A stretch of DNA of 64,000 nt from Acutalibacteraceae bacterium. GTDB taxonomy: Bacteria; Bacillota; Clostridia; Oscillospirales; Acutalibacteraceae. The notes beneath the pieces were generated by a model, which was not told the DNA's origin, did no database searches, and saw nothing but the letters and a program-made list of their open reading frames with translations. Positions 47,475 through 55,810 of this stretch are shown one piece after another (position 1 is the first letter of the stretch; each line of letters starts with the position of its first letter). The DNA is taken from the NCBI GenBank assembly GCA_045591225.1, contig JAZNSL010000056.1, positions 19,123 to 83,122 of the forward strand. Direction: 5' to 3'. Position numbers and translations under genes: made by a program.

Positions 47475-47703
47475 ACGATAAGCAGTTCCTTCTAATTATA
47501 TTTTATGGGGAAATGCGGTATGAAAGGATTAAATCGGTCACACGTCGTTTTTGCTTGAATATATATCCGAAGTGAAACTATATGCTATGCAGGATAGAGA
47601 AGAGTGAATCTAAAAAATAATAAAACGAAACTTAACCCTGACATTCATTGTCAGGGTTAAGTTATATGCTGAAGATGCAGCTGCAAAAAAATTAAGGAGT
47701 GAA

Positions 47704-48513
47704 ATGATTATGGCTTGCAGAGATAAATATCAAGCAAAAACAGACAATACAAATAATGTTGTTCATGCTGTAGAGGCGCGAACAACTTCCGCGAAGAATG
47801 CTAGACGCTTGCTTTTCGGAGTTGACTCCAAAAGTAGAGTAGACGAGTTGTTGCAGAACAATCTAAACAAATTTGAATGGGTTGTACGAAATAAGATTGT
47901 CCCCAACTTTTTCGGTAGATATATTTCAGGAGACGAATGCCTAACTAAATCTGAAATCGAGTTTATTCATAGTAAAGGGTGCAAAATAGCTGCTTTGTTT
48001 TCTGATGAAAGTCAAAAATTAACAAAAGAACAGGCGGTATCGCTCGTTGAAAAAATTGATAATTGTGCATTTGAACTAGGCATACCTGAAGGTGTAGCGA
48101 TTTTTCTTGAAATTAGCGAGTCTGAGACAGTAAGTTATGATTTCTTGAAAGAGTTTGCGAGCAGCCTTCTTTTCGCTGGTTTCACACCCGGTTTCAAAGT
48201 GAATACGGATGCGAAGTATGCATTTGACCGCGAATTTAGCAGAGGTATGCAAAACAACAGAGATTTGTTCAGTCAGTGCCTCGTGTGGGCAACAGCACCG
48301 ACGGTGGAGGAATATAACGGCATCACAACTTCGCACCTCATTCATCCGGATGATTGGAAGCCATACGCTCCCTCCGGAATGTCGCGCAAAAATATTGCAG
48401 TGTGGCAATATGGTAACAATTGCCACCCAATAGAGAATGACAATGAAATAGTTACGACTTTTAATCTTAATCTTGTTTGTGACGAACAAGTTATTATTAA
48501 TCGAATGTTTTAA
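47704..48513 (+). CDS. DUF1906-like (glycoside-hydrolase-like) protein, paralogue 2
   Basis: 269 aa, paralogous to 45286..45960, and directly upstream of the RHS gene. Confidence 0.5.
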   Translation: MIMACRDKYQAKTDNTNNVVHAVEARTTSAKNARRLLFGVDSKSRVDELLQNNLNKFEWVVRNKIVPNFFGRYISGDECLTKSEIEFIHSKGCKIAALFSDESQKLTKEQAVSLVEKIDNCAFELGIPEGVAIFLEISESETVSYDFLKEFASSLLFAGFTPGFKVNTDAKYAFDREFSRGMQNNRDLFSQCLVWATAPTVEEYNGITTSHLIHPDDWKPYAPSGMSRKNIAVWQYGNNCHPIENDNEIVTTFNLNLVCDEQVIINRMF

Positions 48514-48528
48514 TTAGGAGGGTATAGT

Positions 48529-51500
48529 ATGGAAAATGAAATTGTAAAAGATATTGCTAATGAACCTACGAACCTTGAGCAGACAACTATGTGTGTTGGT
48601 GAATCTGCTTTTTTTCACAATCCGATGGGTGATGAAACCACCGTTGATAATGAGACAACTTGGAGCAGTGACAATCCAGCTGTCGCGACTGTTAATGAAG
48701 TAAGTGGTCTTGTTTATGCGCAGCAAGAAGGCGAAACGGTTATTCGAGCAAATGGCGCAGGTCAGAGTTACGCGGTTACTGTGACTAATCGTGTGCTTGT
48801 AGAGGATATCATTTTAAGTGACACACATCTTGAACTCAATAGGGGAGATAGACGGGGTCTTAGCGCCACAATTTGTCCTTCGAATGCATCAAACAAAGGG
48901 ATTCGATGGTATAGCGGTAATGAGAATGTTGTTGTCGTTCATTCGTCTACGGGTTGCGTAACAGCCAAAAACGCCGGCAGAACTTACGTGTATGCTACTG
49001 CAAAAGACGAAAGCGGAATTCGATCTTGCTGTGAAGTTGTTGTGAAACAGACTGTCCCCAATAATGCTGAAGAAACTCCTGACAACAAAGTGCCGAATAG
49101 TACATTCGCAGACCCAGTTGATGTGTTTAGTGGAGCGCATTTGCTGAAAAATACTGTAATGACTTTGTTCGGCGGTCAAAGCGTACAGCTGATTGCTCAT
49201 TATAATTCCACTTATCTTGCGTGTGGAGTGTTCGGTTCTGGCTGGTATCACAATTTTGAAAAGCGAATTGTAATTGATGGCTCTGACGCGTTTGTTTATA
49301 ACAATCCTTCTATTTTCTCGCATTATATTGCAGAAAATGAGCAATGCACAACTTTTGTTTGTAACAGTGCAAATAAAAACGGGTATGTGCTCACTGTTGA
49401 TTATGCCAGTCAGTATCCGTATGTTGTCAATTGCAATTTTGCGAGAACTGAATACTATAACACTGAGGGTAATCTTGCAAAAATTGTTGATCATCAAGGG
49501 CATGAAATTACGATTGAGTATGCAGAGCTTCAAGTTGCGATTACTGATGGGGTATCCGGCAAAAAGATTTATCTAGATAAAGATGCGAATGGTAAGGTTG
49601 TTTGTGTACGTGATGATGCAGATAGATCCGCAACGATGACATATAACGGTAATCTGCTTTCTTCTATCAGTGATGTGAATGGTAACACCCTGACCTTTGT
49701 CTATGACGAAGAGGGCAGAGTGAAGAAGGGTTATGATTCCAAGGGCATTTGCTATTTTGAAAATACATACGATGAATACGGTCGTGTGATTCAGCAAAAA
49801 GATGCTATTCCCGGCTCTGCAAAGTCGGTGTTTGTTTACGATGATAATCTTCGAGTCACTACTGACCGAAATGGTAAACAGAGCGTCCGTGAATATGATG
49901 GCAATGGGCTTCTGATTCGTTATACCGATGAGAATGGTAATATCATCACCTACGAGTACGACGAACATTGTAATGTTGTCAAAGAGACTGATGCTATTGG
50001 AAATTCTGTAACGAAAGTATACAATGATTTTAACAAGCCTACTGAAATTACGGATAAAAACGGTAACAAGACTTGCTTCACCTATGATGCCAATGGTAAC
50101 GTGACAAAGATTCAGTATCCTGCAATTAATGGCCTGGTACCTGAGGAGACTTTCGTTTATAATAGTTGCAATCAGCTGATTCAACACTCTGACATTCGAG
50201 GGACTGTAACTACCTATACCTATGACGCCAATGGGATGCCGAAAACTAAGAAAGTGGGCAGTAAGAATGCGATTGTTTATTCTTATGAGGATGGTCTGCT
50301 AAAATCTCAGACCGACGCCATGGGTAACACGACAAGATATACTCACAACGCTATTGGACAGGTAAGCACTGTTACTGCTGCAGATAACAAAGTAACGCAA
50401 TATGTCTATGATAACTATGGAAATCTGCTTCGTTTGATCGATGCTGACGGAAACACTGTGACTACTGTCTATGATGGCAACTATCAAAAGGTTTCTGTGA
50501 CCGATGCTAATGGAAACACAACTGAATATTCTTACAATGGCAATATGAAGAACGATGTTGTTATGCTACCTGATGGTCATGTTATTCGATACGAGTTTGA
50601 TGGCGAGGATAGAGTTGTCAAGATTACCGATCAAGCAAATAATGTTACTGATATTACCTATGACAATGGGGGGAGAGTGGTCTCTAAACGGTTTGCCGAC
50701 GGCGCGCTCGTTCAGTATGAGTATGATGCAGTTGGCAACGTGGTAAAAGAAACGAACCCTAAGGGTGCCGTTACTGTTAAGACTTATGATAACCTCGGTA
50801 ACATTTTGAGTGTCACTGATGCTGAAGGTAATGTGACCACCTATGAGTACAATGCTATGTCGAAGGTTGTGAGGAGCGTAAATGCAAAAGCTGGTGCTAC
50901 CGTATATGTCTATTCCAAGTCCGGTGACCTTCTCTCTGAGACGGATGCCATGGGCCACACCAAAACCTATACTTACGATGCGTATGGCAACCGACTCACG
51001 ATGACGGATGCACGGAATTATACGACCACTTATACCTACGATCAGAACAACAATTTGCTCACGGTCAAGGATCCGCTGAATCACGTTACCACCTATACCT
51101 ACAACTGCCTCAATCAGTGTGTGTCTGTTAAGGATGCTCTGAACAATACGATTCAGTATGGCTACGATGCTCTCGGCAGACGAACGACCATTACTGATGC
51201 CCGTGGCAATGTGTTTACGACCACCTATGATGGCAACGGTAACGTTATCAAGACCACCGATGCTAAGGGGAATATCGTCAGTGAAACGGTGTACAACTGT
51301 TTGAACTTGCCTCTTACTGTTACCGATGCGATGGGCAAGGTAACCACCTACACCTACAATGCACTCGGCAAAGTGGAGAGTGTCACTGACTCTATGCATC
51401 ATCGTCAGGAATATTCGTACAATTCCCGTGGTCAGAACACTGCTGTTCTGGATTCGGCAAACAATACCAGCACGGCTACTTATGACCTGCTTGGTAATGT

Positions 51501-53523
51501 GATTCGTCTCGCGGGACCTCTCGGTGGTGCTACCAATTATACCTACGATAATATGGGGCGTCTCGTATCTGAGTCCACCGTTTCTGGTGGTACCAAGAAC
51601 TACGAATACAATGAGTTGAATATCCGCAAGAAGATCACTAACGCACGGGGGCAGATCCGCCAGGTATTCCATGATGCCATGGGTCGAATCACCGGCTATA
51701 CTTCTCCCGAAGGTGCGGTGAGTTATACTTATGATGCCAACGGCAACGTGTTGACGGTGACGGATAGCCACGGCACGATTACGAGAACTTATGATGCTTT
51801 GAATCGTATTGCAAGTTATACCGATACCTATGGTAAAATGATTCGGTATGAGTATGACGCAGTGGGGAACCTGTCCAAGCTAATTTATCCCGATAATACG
51901 GCAGTAACCTATGCGTATGATGCTAACCATAATTTGATTCGGGTTACTGACTGGGCGAATCGAGTGACTGCTTATACCTACGACGCGAATAATCGAATCG
52001 TTGAAGTGACCAAGCCGGATGGTAGCGTAACTACTACTACCTATGACAATATGCAGCGTGTCACCTCTACGGTAGTAAGAGCAATGTCCGGTGCTGTTAT
52101 TGCCGGATTTGAGTACACCTATGACAATCTGTCGAGAATTGTGGAAGAAAAACATCTTGCAGATGGTGTTAAATTGTGCTATATTTATGATAACCTGAGT
52201 CGTGTGATCAAGCGTACCGTGAAGTGCCTGGAGAGCAACACGGTGTTGTCTGAGGAAACCTTCACCTACGATGCGGCAGGTAACATCACCGATGCACCCG
52301 ACAGTTGTTTCCAGTATGACACCAACAACCGACTGGTAGTGTTTAATGGCCATGCAGTAACCTACGACCTTGACGGCAATATGCTGAATGATGGTGAGCG
52401 GAACTTTAGTTACGATTCGGCTAACCGACTGGTAACCGCCGACAGTCATACGTACACCTACAACGCCGAGGATATGCGCATCCGCAATTGTTGCGAGAGT
52501 GGTGAGGACACGACTTATACCCATGATGCCAGTGTAAAACTTAGCAGATTGCTCTGCAAGACTACCAACGGTGTTGTTACCAAGTATGTCTATGGACGTG
52601 GACTCATCGGTGAGGAGGTAAGCGGCACATTTAAGACTTACCACTGCGATTGCAGAGGCAGCACCATTGCAATCACCGATGCAAGCGGAAGTATCACCGA
52701 TACCTTTGCATACGATACCTATGGAAAGATGATTGAGCATTGTGGCAATAGTGCGGTTATTTTCGGCTACAACGGCCGGGATGGTGTCGTGACGGATGAT
52801 AACGGGCTGATCTATATGCGTGCCCGGTATTACAGCCCCGATATGAAGCGATTCATCAATGCGGATATTGTTGCCGGCGAGATCTCCAACGCCATCACCC
52901 TCAACCGCTTCTCCTACGCCAACGGCAACCCGGTTTCCTTCGTGGATCCGTTTGGACTGAGTGCAGAGAGGGGCAGTGTAGATTTGTCAACTGTGTTGTC
53001 TGCAGATGACTTGAAAAAACTTAAACAGCTCTATGATTTAACCTCTCTTGAGCTAGATGCTTTTGATATAAGCCTACAAGTATTGCACTCTTCTCTCAAA
53101 GATGGCCTTAATAAGGCTGTTCGACCAAACAATATCCCTAAAGGTGTGTGGCAGAAGCAAATAGACGCTGATTTGAAATGGTTAGATGATATTCTTGGAC
53201 CAGCATCTAAACTTTCAAAGACGCTTGATACAGTATCTATGCCATTGATTGATGCAACTATGGTTTTTGTTGATGCAGGGATTGGATATTATGAAAATAT
53301 TCAAAATAATGAATCTTCACAGGAAGTATATACCGACCTTGCAATAGATCTAGGGGTAGGTGCAACTACTGCTGGTCTCTCTTTTATAGTTACTTCGGCG
53401 ATTACAGGATCTGCTTTTGGTACAGCCTGTCCGGTCGTAGGAAATGTCTTAGGTTTTCTTGTGGGTCTGGCGATAGGCGTTGGAGGATATTATTTAGGTC
53501 AGGCACTGGATGACGCAATGTAA
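48529..53523 (+). CDS. RHS/YD-repeat polymorphic toxin with N-terminal Big_2 domains and glycine-zipper C-terminal toxin domain
   Basis: 1664 aa. Two Ig-like Big_2 units come first (SSDNPAVATVNE.., GIRWYSGNENVVVV). Then FADPVDVFSGAH and dozens of YD repeats (YTYDANGN, YEYDAVGN...). The core ends ..YANGNPVSFVDPFGL (52945-52959). The following 187-aa tail ends in a Gly/Ala-rich hydrophobic segment. Confidence 0.9.
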   Translation: MENEIVKDIANEPTNLEQTTMCVGESAFFHNPMGDETTVDNETTWSSDNPAVATVNEVSGLVYAQQEGETVIRANGAGQSYAVTVTNRVLVEDIILSDTHLELNRGDRRGLSATICPSNASNKGIRWYSGNENVVVVHSSTGCVTAKNAGRTYVYATAKDESGIRSCCEVVVKQTVPNNAEETPDNKVPNSTFADPVDVFSGAHLLKNTVMTLFGGQSVQLIAHYNSTYLACGVFGSGWYHNFEKRIVIDGSDAFVYNNPSIFSHYIAENEQCTTFVCNSANKNGYVLTVDYASQYPYVVNCNFARTEYYNTEGNLAKIVDHQGHEITIEYAELQVAITDGVSGKKIYLDKDANGKVVCVRDDADRSATMTYNGNLLSSISDVNGNTLTFVYDEEGRVKKGYDSKGICYFENTYDEYGRVIQQKDAIPGSAKSVFVYDDNLRVTTDRNGKQSVREYDGNGLLIRYTDENGNIITYEYDEHCNVVKETDAIGNSVTKVYNDFNKPTEITDKNGNKTCFTYDANGNVTKIQYPAINGLVPEETFVYNSCNQLIQHSDIRGTVTTYTYDANGMPKTKKVGSKNAIVYSYEDGLLKSQTDAMGNTTRYTHNAIGQVSTVTAADNKVTQYVYDNYGNLLRLIDADGNTVTTVYDGNYQKVSVTDANGNTTEYSYNGNMKNDVVMLPDGHVIRYEFDGEDRVVKITDQANNVTDITYDNGGRVVSKRFADGALVQYEYDAVGNVVKETNPKGAVTVKTYDNLGNILSVTDAEGNVTTYEYNAMSKVVRSVNAKAGATVYVYSKSGDLLSETDAMGHTKTYTYDAYGNRLTMTDARNYTTTYTYDQNNNLLTVKDPLNHVTTYTYNCLNQCVSVKDALNNTIQYGYDALGRRTTITDARGNVFTTTYDGNGNVIKTTDAKGNIVSETVYNCLNLPLTVTDAMGKVTTYTYNALGKVESVTDSMHHRQEYSYNSRGQNTAVLDSANNTSTATYDLLGNVIRLAGPLGGATNYTYDNMGRLVSESTVSGGTKNYEYNELNIRKKITNARGQIRQVFHDAMGRITGYTSPEGAVSYTYDANGNVLTVTDSHGTITRTYDALNRIASYTDTYGKMIRYEYDAVGNLSKLIYPDNTAVTYAYDANHNLIRVTDWANRVTAYTYDANNRIVEVTKPDGSVTTTTYDNMQRVTSTVVRAMSGAVIAGFEYTYDNLSRIVEEKHLADGVKLCYIYDNLSRVIKRTVKCLESNTVLSEETFTYDAAGNITDAPDSCFQYDTNNRLVVFNGHAVTYDLDGNMLNDGERNFSYDSANRLVTADSHTYTYNAEDMRIRNCCESGEDTTYTHDASVKLSRLLCKTTNGVVTKYVYGRGLIGEEVSGTFKTYHCDCRGSTIAITDASGSITDTFAYDTYGKMIEHCGNSAVIFGYNGRDGVVTDDNGLIYMRARYYSPDMKRFINADIVAGEISNAITLNRFSYANGNPVSFVDPFGLSAERGSVDLSTVLSADDLKKLKQLYDLTSLELDAFDISLQVLHSSLKDGLNKAVRPNNIPKGVWQKQIDADLKWLDDILGPASKLSKTLDTVSMPLIDATMVFVDAGIGYYENIQNNESSQEVYTDLAIDLGVGATTAGLSFIVTSAITGSAFGTACPVVGNVLGFLVGLAIGVGGYYLGQALDDAM

Positions 53524-53557
53524 TAATCATATTTTATCATGAAGGGGGCAATGTGTA

Positions 53558-54181
53558 ATGAGGAAAGATGTGATTGTTGAATATTTAAACAGCGGGCTGA
53601 TGGCCAGGAAGAACTACAAAACATTCACTCTTGGTTCAGGGTTTGTGGTAATGTGGGGAATACTTCCGGGAATATATCTAAAATCCTATTGGCTAAATAT
53701 CGGAATTGTTATGCTTTTGACATTTGTTGTCTGTGTGTGTATAGTTTTTATGCTTATGTCTAAGGACCTAACGTTAAAAAGAAAAATAAAGATTGAAGCG
53801 ACAATTTTTACCTCTTGGTATTTGCAATTTGGCTTATTATGCGCCATTCTATTTATCCACGAGTATGGTATCAACTATAAATTGAGTTTTCTATATTTGC
53901 CAAGTTTGTTGGTTTGCATATTATTGTTTTTTCTAACATCTGCAATGCTTAGAAGTGAAAAGTTAACGTTTAAAAAGAGAATCTCAATCAAGGGCTTAGG
54001 CATTGGTGTTGTTGCGCCACTAATCGGATGGCGATTGGCCGGACTATTGGACAATAGCACAACGGAAGATGTTGCTGTGCCAATAGCATTAACGTGTTTC
54101 ACTTTTGTTAACACTGTGATTTCTTTTGGATTTTTAAATTTTCAGAAACTGTATTATTTGCATAAGATAGAAAGGTCATAA
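53558..54181 (+). CDS. polytopic membrane protein, candidate immunity protein for the RHS toxin
   Basis: 207 aa with about 6 TM segments. It starts 35 nt after the RHS stop. Confidence 0.55.
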   Translation: MRKDVIVEYLNSGLMARKNYKTFTLGSGFVVMWGILPGIYLKSYWLNIGIVMLLTFVVCVCIVFMLMSKDLTLKRKIKIEATIFTSWYLQFGLLCAILFIHEYGINYKLSFLYLPSLLVCILLFFLTSAMLRSEKLTFKKRISIKGLGIGVVAPLIGWRLAGLLDNSTTEDVAVPIALTCFTFVNTVISFGFLNFQKLYYLHKIERS

Positions 54182-54211
54182 GAGAGCTAATAACACAGGT
54201 GGCAGATCTCT

Positions 54212-54650
54212 ATGTTCTGCATTTCCCCCTATCAACCTAATCTACACGAACGCTCCATCCTACCTACGCAGGATGGAGCGTTTGCTTTTGCGGAAGAACC
54301 TCCAAACTTTGCCAGTTGTTCTACGTATCTTTCCGCGTTCCTTGGTCTCTCAATTGGAGAGAGGTGTCGCCGCAGACTATGGAGAGGGAGCCTCCCTTGT
54401 GTAAAGGGAGGGGGACCGCCGAACGGCGGTGGAGGGGTTGTGATGATTCGGCTACGCCGTCTAATGACGGCTACAATCCCCCAGTCAAAACCTGCGGTTT
54501 TGCCAGCCCCCTTTACACAAGGGGGCCTTTTTGGGGGATCATTCGTACGCAAGTGTCGGCTAATTTGAGCGCACTTGTGCGCCGCTAGTATCATAGGGCT
54601 TTGCCCGCATATGGAAAACCCCCGGCTTAGCCAGGGTTTTTTTATTTATG
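54212..54650. repeat. GC-rich hairpin-array repeat, copy C (inside island)
   Basis: Hairpins include aacgctccatcctacctacgcaggatggagcgtt, cctcccttgtgtaaagggagg, gaccgccgaacggcggt, caaaacctgcggttttg, ccccctttacacaaggggg and gcgcacttgtgcgc, with a terminal cccggcttagccaggg plus T-run. Confidence 0.75.
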
Positions 54651-54829
54651 CATCCGAAGACTTTAAGCAGATAAGAGTAAAGGGGCGAATCAAGTTATCG
54701 TTCTATGAATTCGAGCTGAATTCTACGTTTTATCATATTATTATAGACGAGTTTCCACTTGTAATTATATTGGTGATTACTATGATCACTTGTTCACCAA
54801 TATTAAGATCTAAATTATGTATTTGAGAT

Positions 54830-55080
54830 GGGAGTAAGCGTATAGTCTGGATTGCCTGCAGAGAGGCGGATTGCTTTTAAGCACGGTTAAAATACATATT
54901 GCGGTACAGGACTCAGTAAACGTCAATTGTGAATCGCGTGTAAAAAGCCGAAAGTGTACGGTATCACCAAACTTAAGCATTCTAGGATTTAAAAGAAGCT
55001 TTACTTCAACTTTGATGAACGCAAGTTTAATCAGTTGTACAGTGAATTTCAGTTGTATTTGTATCAAGCGCCGCGGGTAA
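54830..55080 (+). pseudogene. decayed paralogue of the replication-organiser-like gene 30612..31028
   Basis: TGLSKRQL*IACKKPKVYGI...KKLYFNFDERKFNQLYSEFQLY aligns with TGLSKHQQLTACKELQEYGI...KKRYFKFNVGKFNQLHSDFQLY, but it carries in-frame stops. Confidence 0.55.
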
Positions 55081-55161
55081 CACCTGAACCGTCTGAACGT
55101 CAACACCCCGGTTTTGCAGGTTTTAGTTTCTAATTTCATTAGATAAATGTTGAACGAATAT

Positions 55162-55205
55162 AGTCCAGAAATCAAATTCCGGTTGTTTGATTTCTGGACT
55201 TTTTC
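55162..55205 (+). terminator. rho-independent terminator
   Basis: agtccagaaatcaaa-ttccggttg-tttgatttctggact plus tttt. Confidence 0.7.
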
Positions 55206-55508
55206 AGTTCAGAAACTAAACATAAATAATAGTAATCAATAATAATAAAAAATAATATTTGTGCTATAAAACTTCTGCGAAGCTTTATAGCATTTATAGA
55301 TAGAAATTGCTAGAAAATGTATTGTTAATTATCTTTAGCTATTTAATGAAAGTAAAGGAAGTGGTTCAAAAAATGAACAATTGGGGAGGGGGTAAAAAGT
55401 GATGAAAGGTGTGAAAAATAGAAATTCTATACTGTATTATATAGTGTGGGGTATATTTTGAGTTTTATATTTAAAAATTAAAATTGTGTAATGAAAAGAG
55501 GTGAGTGG

Positions 55509-55673
55509 ATGAAGAAGACTTTGTCGACTGATGAGCAAGAGAGAAGATGGGCAGAAGATACTTGGCTTAATTATTTTAATAGGTATCTTTTCGAGAATGG
55601 TACGATTTCGGAAAAAGAGTATAAGAAAATGACTGAGAAGATTGCGATCAGAAAGGCAAAGTTTTCTTGTTAA
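55509..55673 (+). CDS. small basic protein upstream of the large serine recombinase (possible directionality/accessory factor)
   Basis: 54 aa, MKKTLSTDEQERRWAEDTWLNYFNRYLFENGTISEKEYKKMTEKIAIRKAK.., with RBS gaggtgag. The function is inferred from position only. Confidence 0.4.
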   Translation: MKKTLSTDEQERRWAEDTWLNYFNRYLFENGTISEKEYKKMTEKIAIRKAKFSC

Positions 55674-55810
55674 GAACATGCTATCTGATCGCATTTTCTT
55701 TGATCTGAGAAATTATGACAAAGTTTGTTTGGGGCATTGCTTTTTCGCTTCATTTACGATATAATCATAATTAATAATGATGATACGACGAACTTTGCGA
55801 GGTGAAATGA

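Noticed and set aside
47533-47547. 11-nt match (ggtcacacgtc) to the left arm of the rebuilt attP
   Set aside because: There is no AA-centred symmetry and no matching right arm (acccgtacga). I judged it a chance match or at most a pseudo-site.
48889-52740. Several 200-400 aa minus-strand ORFs (48889..49533, 49573..50187, 50566..51771, 51880..52740)
   Set aside because: They are antisense to the RHS gene. The repetitive YD-repeat coding sequence keeps the opposite strand open, and the translations are Ile/Val/Asn-rich without motifs.
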